From positions 1 to 45,916 of the forward strand of contig DSAQ01000053.1 of NCBI GenBank assembly GCA_011046395.1: a stretch of 45,916 bases of DNA. The letters run 5' to 3'. Within the stretch, counting starts at the first letter, position 1. Each line of letters begins with the position of its first letter. This document shows, one piece after another, positions 36,847 to 45,821 of the stretch. This stretch comes from Pseudomonadota bacterium. Its GTDB lineage: Bacteria > Desulfobacterota > QYQD01. The notes under the pieces are model-generated. The model was given only the letters and a program-made list of their open reading frames with translations, did not search any database and was not told the origin of the DNA. The position numbers and the translations under genes were made by a program.

Positions 36847-38850
36847 TCACATAAAATAGTCGAAGTCCGTCTCTCTTTTCAGCCTTTTCCTGACTCTCAA
36901 AATATTCGCCGGAAGCACGTGAGGATTAAGCTCTACATAATTCCGTTCGCCCTGCCAGATATACTTATCATCGCTCAAAAGGTCGTGCACCAGATATGGT
37001 TGGTCAGGATCTATGCCTAACTCATGAATAGGAACTTTCAGCCACCCGGACTGGGTATGATACGGATCAAGATTTACCACCACAAGTATAATGTTGGAGA
37101 AGTCCTCGGTCGCCTTGGCGTAAAAGAGGAGATAATCATTATCCACTTCGTAAAACTTCAGGATCCACGGAATCTGAAGGGCAGGATTTTCCCTCCTTAT
37201 CCTGTTCACTCTCGCGATGAAGTCTCTGAGGTTCCCAGGCGCATCCCAATCCCAGTGTTTCAGTTCATATTTTTCTGAATGGAGATATTCCTCCTTTCCA
37301 GGTACCGCGTCGTTAACGCACAGTTCAAAAGCCGGCCCATAGATGCCGTAACTGGATGAAAGGGTTGCCGCCAGGGCCAGCCTTATGGTAAAGGCTGAGC
37401 GCCCTCCATATTGCAGTTGCTCCGGGAGGATATCCGGCGTATTAGGCCAGAAGTTGGGCCGGAAGTATTCTCTCACCTCGGTTTTCATAAGCTCCGTAAG
37501 GTATTCCATGAATTCTCTTTTTGTATTCCGCCAGGTAAAGTAGGTATATGACTGGGTAAATCCCAGTTTGGCCAGGTAGTACATGACCTTCGGCCTGGTA
37601 AACGCCTCGGCGAGGAAAATCACCTCCGGATAATCCCTTTTGATCTCCTTTATCAGCCATTCCCAGAACGGAAACGCCTTGGTATGCGGGTTATCGACCC
37701 GGAATATCCGTACCCCTTTACCAATCCAGCAAAGAACCACACTCTTCAGTTCCTCCCACAGTTCCGGCCAGTGTTCGGTTTCAAAGTTAAGCGGAAAAAT
37801 GTCTTCATACTTTTTGGGAGGGTTTTCCGCATACTGGACTGTCCCATCCGGACGCCACCGAAACCATTCCGGGTGTTTTTTGACATAGGGATGATCCGGA
37901 GAGCACTGAAAGGCCAGGTCGACGGCAACTTCTATCCCATGCTCGCCAGCTTTGGCTACCAGCCTCTCAAAATCCTCGATGGTTCCAAGTTCGGGATGAA
38001 CAGCCTTGTGCCCGCCTTCATCCGAGCCAATGGCCCAGGGACTCCCCACATCGGCCGGGTCAGCCTGGGGAAGGTTATTCTTCCCTTTACGCTTGGTCTT
38101 CCCTATAGGATGAATGGGCGGGAGATAGAGCACATCAAAGCCCATTCTCGCTATCTCAGGGATGATCGTCTCACAATCCCTGAATGTTCCATGTTCACCA
38201 GACCTTGAAGGACATGACCTCGGAAACAATTCATACCACGTGCTGAAAACTGCCTTATCCCGGTCCACGACCACAACCAGTTCCTTTTCATAACGTGTAG
38301 CCATCCCCTTATCCGGATATCTATCCATGAGTTTACCAATTTCTTTACCCAGGATAAATGTCACGGTCTTTTCTATGTCCGTTTCTTTTCTTAAGATGTT
38401 AATATATTCCAATAGCTTCTTTCGGTCGTTTTTCGAAGTCTTCTTCACGGACTTTTCAAGGTGTTCAATCCCTACAAGTACATCCACCCGTATATCCTGA
38501 CCGGCCTCAAATTTCTTCTTGAGATCCTTCTGCCAGGTCCTGAACTGATCAACCCAGCCCTCGATAGCGTAAAGGTAAGGTCCCAGTTCCTCAACGATGA
38601 ACTGTCCCATCCAACGGTCGTTCTCAATAAACTTCATGGGAACGTCCTGCCATCCTTTATCGCCTTGCCGTTTATAGAGAAGTCTGGCTGAAATAGAATC
38701 ATGCCCATCACCAAAGATATCGGCCGTCACTATAACCTTTTCTCCGACAACCCTCTTAATAGGGAAAAAACCACCGTTTATCTCAGGCCTCACATTCTCT
38801 ATCACTACTCTCTTTCTTCCCCTATCCGCCATCATAGATGACCCATCCAT
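36847..38850 (-). CDS. glgE: Alpha-1,4-glucan:maltose-1-phosphate maltosyltransferase
   Basis: WYELFPRS, YLPPIHPIG, GSPWAIG, YAENPPKKYED, FRVDNPHTK, FWPNTPDIL; AAGGGG SD. Confidence 0.95.
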   Translation of the reverse strand: MDGSSMMADRGRKRVVIENVRPEINGGFFPIKRVVGEKVIVTADIFGDGHDSISARLLYKRQGDKGWQDVPMKFIENDRWMGQFIVEELGPYLYAIEGWVDQFRTWQKDLKKKFEAGQDIRVDVLVGIEHLEKSVKKTSKNDRKKLLEYINILRKETDIEKTVTFILGKEIGKLMDRYPDKGMATRYEKELVVVVDRDKAVFSTWYELFPRSCPSRSGEHGTFRDCETIIPEIARMGFDVLYLPPIHPIGKTKRKGKNNLPQADPADVGSPWAIGSDEGGHKAVHPELGTIEDFERLVAKAGEHGIEVAVDLAFQCSPDHPYVKKHPEWFRWRPDGTVQYAENPPKKYEDIFPLNFETEHWPELWEELKSVVLCWIGKGVRIFRVDNPHTKAFPFWEWLIKEIKRDYPEVIFLAEAFTRPKVMYYLAKLGFTQSYTYFTWRNTKREFMEYLTELMKTEVREYFRPNFWPNTPDILPEQLQYGGRSAFTIRLALAATLSSSYGIYGPAFELCVNDAVPGKEEYLHSEKYELKHWDWDAPGNLRDFIARVNRIRRENPALQIPWILKFYEVDNDYLLFYAKATEDFSNIILVVVNLDPYHTQSGWLKVPIHELGIDPDQPYLVHDLLSDDKYIWQGERNYVELNPHVLPANILRVRKRLKRETDFDYFM

Positions 38851-38910
38851 TTTGATCCCCTTTAAGTGGTAATTATCATAAGAAAAGAACCTTTACCTAA
38901 GGCATTTGAA

Positions 38911-39021
38911 CATGCATAGCGAGCGCATTCCCCGCTGCTTGCAGCGGGGTTAGCGAGCGAATACGATGCATTTTACCTTGCATACGGAGATTCCCCCACA
39001 GCTTGCTGCGGGGAGCTTCAA
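38911..39021 (+). mobile_element. IS200/IS605-type non-autonomous palindromic element, copy 3
   Basis: Follows TGAA (38907-38910); CATT-CCCCGCTGCTTGCAGCGGGG left hairpin; slightly mutated right hairpin; ends TCAA. Lies between divergent glgE and glgM. Confidence 0.82.
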
Positions 39022-39197
39022 TTTGTGGCAGAGTAAAGCCCGAAAAGATCAAAAAACGGGTTCTTAAAAACCTGTAACCTGTATGGTTTAAAATAGCGTA
39101 AAATAGGCACAAAAGTCAAGTTAGGGCAGGATGCGATAAAGCAACCAACGATAAAAAGTACTTGAACTTCTCTCTTGAACGTGCCAAATACTCACCC

Positions 39198-40439
39198 ATG
39201 AAAATTGCCTTCTTAACCAATGAATATCCTCCTCATATATACGGAGGAGCAGGAGTTCATGTTGAGTATCTGTCCCGCGAACTGGCAGATATTGAAAACA
39301 AAAGACATGCCATAAAGATTCTCTGTTTCGGCGAACAAGAGGAATATTCGGAAAATAAGACCGTGAAAGGGATTAACCCGGATTTTACTTTCCCTTCCCA
39401 TGATCCCCGACATCAAAAGTTTTTGCATACCCTCCTGAGAAACCTGGTCATGGTCGGTTCTATGAGAGATGTGGACATCGTTCATTGCCACACCTGGTAC
39501 ACCCACCTTGCCGGTTGTCTGCTTAAGCATCTCTTAGGCGTACCCCTCGTCCTCACCACCCATTCCCTGGAGCCTCAACGCCCCTGGAAAGAGGAACAAC
39601 TCGGCTCTGCCTATCAGGGTAGCACATGGGTAGAGAAAACGGCCTATGAAAATGCTGATGGAGTCATCGCCGTATCTCAATCCATGAAAAAGGCTGTCCA
39701 CGATCTTTATGGTATTCCGTTAGAAAAGGTTCGCGTTATCTATAACGGCATTGATACCAACCAGTATAAGCCCACGCCCAATCCCGCAATTCTTGCCTCT
39801 TACCAGATCAGGCCTGATCAGCCCTTCATTCTCTTTGTAGGCCGGATCACCCGGCAGAAGGGTGTCTTCCATCTCCTCGAAGCAGTAAAATATCTGCGGC
39901 CGGGCGTGCAGATTGTGGTCTGTGCTGCATCCCCGGATACGGAAGAGATCGCCAAAGAGATGGTGGAAAAGACGGAAGCAGCACAAACCAAGACACAAAA
40001 TGAGGTCATCTGGATATCACAGATGGTTCCCAGAGAAGACCTTATCAGTCTGTATACCCACGCCTCCATCTTTGTCTGCCCTTCTATCTATGAACCTTTC
40101 GGGATTATCAATGTAGAAGCCATGGCCTGCCAGACGCCCGTGGTCGCCTCATCTGTAGGTGGTATCAAGGAAGCGGTGGTGCATGGAGAAACCGGTCTTC
40201 TCGTCTCCTTTGAACCCTTAAGCGCCCGTGACCCTGCGCCCAAACATCCGGAGCAGTTCGCACAGGGTCTGGCTTCGGCTATAAACAGTCTTCTTTCTGC
40301 ACCAGAAAAGATTCAGGAGATGGGTCTCAAAGCCAGGCAGCGGGTCGAAAAGTACTTCAGTTGGACCAGTATAGCCCAGCAGACCCTGGAATTTTATCGG
40401 GAGATGATAAGGGCCGAGCATTACAAACGGCTAGACTGA
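39198..40439 (+). CDS. glgM: GT4 glycosyltransferase of the GlgM / Corynebacterium-type GlgA family (probable alpha-maltose-1-phosphate synthase)
   Basis: LTNEYPP..YGGAGVHV, HCHTWY, HSLEPQRPWKEEQLG, FVGRITRQKG, CPSIYEPFGIIN. Start moved to ATG 39198. Confidence 0.85.
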   Translation: MKIAFLTNEYPPHIYGGAGVHVEYLSRELADIENKRHAIKILCFGEQEEYSENKTVKGINPDFTFPSHDPRHQKFLHTLLRNLVMVGSMRDVDIVHCHTWYTHLAGCLLKHLLGVPLVLTTHSLEPQRPWKEEQLGSAYQGSTWVEKTAYENADGVIAVSQSMKKAVHDLYGIPLEKVRVIYNGIDTNQYKPTPNPAILASYQIRPDQPFILFVGRITRQKGVFHLLEAVKYLRPGVQIVVCAASPDTEEIAKEMVEKTEAAQTKTQNEVIWISQMVPREDLISLYTHASIFVCPSIYEPFGIINVEAMACQTPVVASSVGGIKEAVVHGETGLLVSFEPLSARDPAPKHPEQFAQGLASAINSLLSAPEKIQEMGLKARQRVEKYFSWTSIAQQTLEFYREMIRAEHYKRLD

Positions 40440-40532
40440 TGACCTTCCAACCTATAATATTGTTGGCAAAACTGATCATAAACATCAGTTTGCACGGGCT
40501 TGTCAAGAAACATTTAATCCCCATAGCTTAAC

Positions 40533-40561
40533 TTGCAAACGATTTGCATTTTTGTTATTAT
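40533..40561 (+). promoter_or_regulatory. Sigma70-type promoter overlapped by a Zur-box-like palindrome
   Basis: -35 TTGCAA (40533-38), 17-nt spacer, extended -10 TGn-TATTAT (40553-61); palindrome TGCAAA-CGA-TTTGCA (40534-48). Confidence 0.7.
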
Positions 40562-40568
40562 GGCGGCT

Positions 40569-41000
40569 ATGGATATAGCGAACCATTTGCGCAGGCACAA
40601 AAAGTCTCTCACCCGGGCACGGGCGGAAATATGGCACATATTGACCCAAAGCGAAAAACCCTTAAGTCCGGATGAGATCCACAGGCGACTTACAGGCCAT
40701 AAGGTCGATCTGGCCACTGTCTATCGCAACCTGCGCGCCTTGAAGGACATTGGCCTGGTGAGGGAAATCGATTTAAGAGAGGCTTTCAAACGCTACGAAG
40801 CTATATTACCCGGCCAGCATGTGCACCATATCATGTGCCAGGTCTGCGGCCGGATAGAAAAAGTGCGCCATTGTGTGGTGCAGAATATGGCTAATGCTAT
40901 TCAAAAAGAATCAGGTTTCACCTTAAAAGACCACTCCCTGGAATGTTTTGGTATTTGTCCAAGCTGTCAACCTCACAAAACTAAAGCACAGGGGACTTAG
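40569..41000 (+). CDS. zur: Fur-family regulator, probably Zur
   Basis: LTRAR, VDLATVYRNL, HVHHIMCQVCG, FGICPSC; first gene of a ZnuABC operon. Start uncertain (40560 or 40569). Confidence 0.85.
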   Translation: MDIANHLRRHKKSLTRARAEIWHILTQSEKPLSPDEIHRRLTGHKVDLATVYRNLRALKDIGLVREIDLREAFKRYEAILPGQHVHHIMCQVCGRIEKVRHCVVQNMANAIQKESGFTLKDHSLECFGICPSCQPHKTKAQGT

Positions 41001-41003
41001 TTT

Positions 41004-41969
41004 ATGCGTAAACTAATTTCGCTCGCTGTTTGCTTCATTATCTCGTTAGTCCTGTTTATATGTCCGATGCCTGCCCATGCCAGCTCATCGCAAGCGAAAA
41101 ATGACCTCCACATCCTCGCATCTTTCCTGCCCATCTATGTCTTTACAAGTAATGTAATCCAAGGAGTTCCGGGAGTATCTGTCGAACTCATGCTCCCTCC
41201 GGGTACGGGTTGTCCGCATGACTATACCTTGACACCAGGCGACTTGAAAAAGATCGCTGCCTCCTCCGTTCTGGTCATCAACGGTCTCGGTATAGAAGAA
41301 TTTGCCGGCCGCCCTGTTCAGGCAGCAAACCCTGATATTAAAATCATAGATGCTTCAAGAGGGATTACACCTCTGGAAGCGAAAGAAGGCCACAGTCACC
41401 ATGGCCATGAACATCATCCCGGCCGGATCAATGCCCACGTATGGACCAGCCCGGCCCTGGCCGCGGTTCAGGTTAGAAATATTGCCGCGTCTCTTTCCGC
41501 CATAGACCCGAAACATTCTGTACTCTACCGCAAAAACGCCGCAAAATTTACGGCGCGCCTGGAAAAACTCATCTCCGGGGTCAAAGACACCGCCGGCAAA
41601 CTTAAAAAACGAAAGGTCGTTGCCTTCCATAACATTTTTGATTACCTGGCCCGCGACCTTGGCCTTACGGTAGTCGCTTATATCGAAGAAGATCCCGGCC
41701 AGCCGCCATCCGCCGGGAAATTGAACAAATTGGTCCAGACCATACAAAAAGAGAAGGTCGCCGCTATTTTTGCCGAACCGCAGTATCCGCCCCGCCTGGC
41801 CCAGGTCTTGAGCCGTGAAACCGGGGTCCCATTTTATGTCTTAGACCCGGTAAACGCTGCCCGGGGGAGCGTCGGGCTTGACTACTATGAAAAGGTCATG
41901 CATGCAAACCTTGCTATCATACAAAAGGCCCTGGCAGGAGAATTAACTGATGGCCGAAACAGCTATTGA
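41004..41969 (+). CDS. znuA: Zn/Mn ABC transporter substrate-binding protein
   Basis: Signal peptide, CPHDY, His-rich loop GHSHHGHEHH, NAHVWTSP, FHNIFDY. Confidence 0.88.
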   Translation: MRKLISLAVCFIISLVLFICPMPAHASSSQAKNDLHILASFLPIYVFTSNVIQGVPGVSVELMLPPGTGCPHDYTLTPGDLKKIAASSVLVINGLGIEEFAGRPVQAANPDIKIIDASRGITPLEAKEGHSHHGHEHHPGRINAHVWTSPALAAVQVRNIAASLSAIDPKHSVLYRKNAAKFTARLEKLISGVKDTAGKLKKRKVVAFHNIFDYLARDLGLTVVAYIEEDPGQPPSAGKLNKLVQTIQKEKVAAIFAEPQYPPRLAQVLSRETGVPFYVLDPVNAARGSVGLDYYEKVMHANLAIIQKALAGELTDGRNSY

Positions 41970-42738
41970 ACTTGCAAATGTAAGCGTAACTGTAAATCGT
42001 GTATCTCTTCTGAAGAATGTCAGCGCCGGCATCCCTAAGGGCAAAATTACGGCCCTGATCGGCCCCAATGGTGCGGGAAAAACAACTTTGGTTTTGGCCA
42101 TCCTTGGTGTCATCCCATATGAAGGTGAAATATTTTTTATACGCAAAGGGCGACGGGAAACAACCAGGCCCCGCATCGGGTACGTCCCGCAGCGCCTGGA
42201 TTTTGATCGTGGGCTGCCGCTCACCGTCCTAGATTTTCTCACCCTTTCTTCCCAGCGCCGCCCCCTCTGGCTGGGCTACCAGCAGGCCAAAAGAGACAAG
42301 GCCCTGGAAGCCCTCCGGGAGATCGGTGTGGAACACTTGCGCGAGCGTCAGATCGGACGGCTATCCGGCGGAGAACTGCAGCGGGTTATGCTGGCCATGG
42401 CTATCTCGCGGGATCCGGAAATCCTGCTTCTGGACGAACCGGCCGCGGGGGTCGATGTATCCGGAGAAGTCCTGTTCTGTGAATTTATGACCCGGGTGCA
42501 GAGAGAAGGCCACTTAACCATGATGATTGTCTCTCATGATCTCTCCATAGTGACCGGCCATGCCGAACACGTCATCTGTCTTAACCGAACCGTCCAGTGC
42601 CAGGGTGGAGCGCCGGAAGTTTTGACACCGGAAAATATCATGGCCGTCTATGGCCCCCACGCCGGCCTGTACCGGCACGGCAAAGATACACGCCCCGGCG
42701 CATCTGCGACCTGTATCCATCCCTTGCACCATAAATAA
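41950..42738 (+). CDS. znuC: Zn/Mn ABC transporter ATP-binding protein
   Basis: GPNGAGKT, GYVPQ, LSGGELQR, LLLDEP, VSHD. Confidence 0.9.
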   Translation: MAETAIELANVSVTVNRVSLLKNVSAGIPKGKITALIGPNGAGKTTLVLAILGVIPYEGEIFFIRKGRRETTRPRIGYVPQRLDFDRGLPLTVLDFLTLSSQRRPLWLGYQQAKRDKALEALREIGVEHLRERQIGRLSGGELQRVMLAMAISRDPEILLLDEPAAGVDVSGEVLFCEFMTRVQREGHLTMMIVSHDLSIVTGHAEHVICLNRTVQCQGGAPEVLTPENIMAVYGPHAGLYRHGKDTRPGASATCIHPLHHK

Positions 42739-42741
42739 CCT

Positions 42742-43599
42742 ATGACTATGGAATCTCTCTTCGCCACAATCTACAGCCTTATGGACACCGCCCTCCCCTT
42801 CGCCTGGGCCGCTTCCCTCTTTATGAAAAGGGCCTTTCTGGAAATCATGCTCATAACCCCGCTCTGCGCCATCGTCGGCATACAGGTGGTGAATTACCGC
42901 ATGGCCTTTTTCAGTGATGCCATCTCTCATTCGGCCTTTGCCGGTATCGCCCTCGGCCTGCTTTTAAACATAAATCCGCTCCTGACCATGGTCGTATTCG
43001 GGGTCCTGGTAGCCCTGGGCATCGCCAAGTTTAAAACCCGGTCCGATCTCCCTATGGACACCATAATCGGCGTCTTTTTTGCCGCCACCATCGCCCTGGG
43101 TATCGCCATAATCAGCGCCCGCAAAGGTCTTTCCCAGACTCTTTCCCCTTTCCTCTTTGGTGACGTCCTCACCATAGCAGAAATGGAGATAGCCATCACT
43201 TTCGCCCTGTTCGCGGTCGTTCTTATCTTCATAGCCCTTAGCTATAACCGCCTCCTACTCACCGGGATCAACGAACCATTGGCGCGCTCACAAGACATCC
43301 CGGTCAAGATCTATAACTACATTTTTGCCATAATCCTGGCCGTGGTGGTAACCGTGGGGATAAGAACTATAGGCATGCTGCTTATCACCGCGCTCCTCAT
43401 TGTCCCCCCGGCCAGCGCCCGAAATGTCAGCCGGAACGTCCGCCAGATGTTCTGGTATTCTCTGGTTTTTGCCTGGGTATCCGGTATCGCCGGGCTGGTA
43501 ATCTCCTTCTACACCGATATAGCCACCGGCGCCTCAATCATCCTCACGGCATCGCTCTGCTTTTTACTCACCTTTATAATCAGCTTGGTAAGAAGATAA
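42742..43599 (+). CDS. znuB: Zn/Mn ABC transporter permease
   Basis: MAFFSDAISHSAFAG, FLFGDVL, IGMLLITALLIVPPASA. Confidence 0.9.
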   Translation: MTMESLFATIYSLMDTALPFAWAASLFMKRAFLEIMLITPLCAIVGIQVVNYRMAFFSDAISHSAFAGIALGLLLNINPLLTMVVFGVLVALGIAKFKTRSDLPMDTIIGVFFAATIALGIAIISARKGLSQTLSPFLFGDVLTIAEMEIAITFALFAVVLIFIALSYNRLLLTGINEPLARSQDIPVKIYNYIFAIILAVVVTVGIRTIGMLLITALLIVPPASARNVSRNVRQMFWYSLVFAWVSGIAGLVISFYTDIATGASIILTASLCFLLTFIISLVRR

Positions 43600-43748
43600 A
43601 TTACCACAGGCCTGCCCGGGACATCTTCCTGAACTTCATTGACTTTTTAACAGATTTATGGAATCTTACCGCAGGTTGCTGTAACATATTGCGTATTGCG
43701 CCTTTTCGAAGGCATTGTATCGGTTTGACCGAACAAAAAGGGGCGTAC

Positions 43749-45608
43749 ATGATAGACTATTACCACACCTTTCACATCCCGGTCATGGGTACCGGGCACT
43801 CTGTTGACACGCCCATCCGTGTGGCTCCGCTGGGTATCTCTTCCGTTATTTCACTGGTAGATGACATTTTGCTCGAACAAATCCGTAGATACTACAGCGA
43901 AAAATACAATTTACCATACGTCGAAATCCCAAGGCACGAAGAGAATGGCAGGGCAAAAAGGATCACTGCTTACCTCGAAGTCGTCAGGGAAATCGTTCAG
44001 CTTAGAATGGAGGACATCCGGCAACAACCCTTCTTCGCAGACAACGACAAGAGGAAGTATTTTGAGCTGTTACCGGATGAAAGCCCCCTGAAGAAGGATT
44101 ACAGCAGACTTTTCGATATGCAGGCCGGGCCGGGAAGAGATGCGCTGGAAGGGGATCTGACCCGTAGAATGCGCGCCGGCTCTATCGACGTCAATATTAT
44201 GGTCAAACTGGACAACACCTTTGACAGAAACGGCCACCCCCGCGATGATGAATTCAGCGACGCCAAGACAGCCCTTAAAGGCTATGCCGATAGCAGCCTC
44301 AAGTCCGGCATCGTATTTTCCGCCGGAATTAACCAGAGCCTTTACACCTACATGACCCGGTTCCGGGATTTTTACCGGGATGAACGGGGTGAGGTCAAAA
44401 AGAAAATAATCCTCAAGGTGAGCGACTTCCGCTCCGCACTCATCCAGGGGAAGTTTCTGGCGAAAAAGGGATTGGAGGTGCATGAATTCCGCATTGAATC
44501 AGGACTTAATTGCGGAGGGCATGCCTTTCCCACCAACGGAATTTTACTCCCCGGCATTCTCCAGGAATTCAAAGAAAAACGCGGGCAACTGGCCGCAGAA
44601 TTTAAACCGCTGATACTCAGGCACTACCGGGATATGGGCTGGACCTATCCGGAACCGGGCCTGGAAACCGGCCCCCTCATCACCGTTCAGGGGGGCATCG
44701 GCAACCACGGAGAGGTGCGCAGGCTGCAGGAAGACTTCGGTATGGACCTGACCGGATGGGGTACCCCGTTTCTCCTGGTCCCTGAAGCCACCTGCGTGGA
44801 TGCCCCTACCCGTGAGTTATTAAGGCAGGCCGGGGAAAGTGATCTCTACATTAGCGGCGCCTCCCCTCTCGGAATTCCTTTCAACAATGTGCGCAACACC
44901 GGGTCAGAACTGTGGCTGCGCAAGATGGCGGCAGGGGGCAGGCCGGGCTCTCCCTGCGCCAAGGGTTACTTGATATCCAACACCGAATTTACTAAAAGGC
45001 CTATATGTCTTGCCTCCAGACAATTCCAGAAAAATAAGCTGGAAGAGATAAATCAGATGAGGCTTCCGGAAGTCGAGAAAAAGAGGCTGCGTGAGGAGAT
45101 CATGGAAAAGGCCTGTATCTGCGATCATCTGGGAAATGGAGCCCTTATCGCCCTGGGAATCGCCGAGGCCAAAGATGCGCCCCAGTGTATATGCCCCGGC
45201 CCTAACCTTGCCTGGTTTAACAAAATTTACACCTTGCAAGAGATGGTGGATCATATCTACGGGAGGGGCCCGTCCCTGGTTTCATCCCAGCGGCCGCATA
45301 TGTTCGCCAACGAAATCGTGCTGTACGTGGATTACTTCGAAAAACAGGTGGCTCGCAGTCAACACACGCCCAAGGAAATCAAAAACCTGCGGGAATTTAA
45401 GGACAATCTCGAAAAAAGTATGGATTTTTGCCTTGATATTGGGCGAAGGCAGCCCTATCCGGGAGAAAACCTGGCATCCATCCCGTCGGTCGTGGAGCAG
45501 CAGAAAGCCCGTATGAAATCTCTATACGCCGGCTTTGAAAAAAAATGTGCGATTAGAGAGAGGGGGCACGATGAGGCGTGCCCACCGCAGGTCGGAATTT
45601 TACAGTAG
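43749..45608 (+). CDS. Large uncharacterised protein, probable FMN-dependent TIM barrel (nitronate monooxygenase/FabK-like) with Cys-rich C-terminal region
   Basis: 619 aa from ATG 43749 (G-rich SD). IPVMG, VFSAG, ESGLNCGGH, VQGGIG and GWGTPFLLVPEA parallel NMO/FabK motifs; SPC, PIC, CIC and CICPGP cysteines follow. Confidence 0.65.
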   Translation: MIDYYHTFHIPVMGTGHSVDTPIRVAPLGISSVISLVDDILLEQIRRYYSEKYNLPYVEIPRHEENGRAKRITAYLEVVREIVQLRMEDIRQQPFFADNDKRKYFELLPDESPLKKDYSRLFDMQAGPGRDALEGDLTRRMRAGSIDVNIMVKLDNTFDRNGHPRDDEFSDAKTALKGYADSSLKSGIVFSAGINQSLYTYMTRFRDFYRDERGEVKKKIILKVSDFRSALIQGKFLAKKGLEVHEFRIESGLNCGGHAFPTNGILLPGILQEFKEKRGQLAAEFKPLILRHYRDMGWTYPEPGLETGPLITVQGGIGNHGEVRRLQEDFGMDLTGWGTPFLLVPEATCVDAPTRELLRQAGESDLYISGASPLGIPFNNVRNTGSELWLRKMAAGGRPGSPCAKGYLISNTEFTKRPICLASRQFQKNKLEEINQMRLPEVEKKRLREEIMEKACICDHLGNGALIALGIAEAKDAPQCICPGPNLAWFNKIYTLQEMVDHIYGRGPSLVSSQRPHMFANEIVLYVDYFEKQVARSQHTPKEIKNLREFKDNLEKSMDFCLDIGRRQPYPGENLASIPSVVEQQKARMKSLYAGFEKKCAIRERGHDEACPPQVGILQ

Positions 45609-45650
45609 GCCGCCATGCTGTTTTGAATTTGCATGGCCGCTACCATTTGT

Positions 45651-45727
45651 TAAACCGCTAATAACAGTTCAAGCAGCTTAAACCGCTCAAACGGTTGAAA
45701 CCGTCTCTTCTCGGTGTGCTCTGTGGT
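45651..45727. repeat. 9-mer tandem array plus a lone ACCACAGAG-type arm
   Basis: TAAACCGCT/CAAGCAGCT/TAAACCGCT/CAAACGGTT/GAAACCGTC units, then TTCTCGGTGTGCTCTGTGGT (45708-45727). Confidence 0.6.
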
Positions 45728-45802
45728 TAATCTTTTGACAGTACTATTACCATCAAAGGGATATGATTATGTTTCTGTTTAAAAAAATAATCTCTCAACT
45801 TT

Positions 45803-45821
45803 GATGACCTCGTAAAAAGTC
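45803..45821 (+). repeat. End of a GATG..TCGTAAAAAGTC MITE (partner end not in window)
   Basis: AACTTT|GATGACCTCGTAAAAAGTC. Confidence 0.6.

Noticed and set aside
24167-38208. Long antisense ORFs (e.g. 24167-24760, 32029-32760, 37684-38208)
   Set aside because: Shadow frames opposite well-supported genes, with no recognisable motifs.
45612-45637. Hairpin after the last CDS as an intrinsic terminator
   Set aside because: 7-bp stem with a 12-nt loop and no adjacent U-tract; insufficient support.
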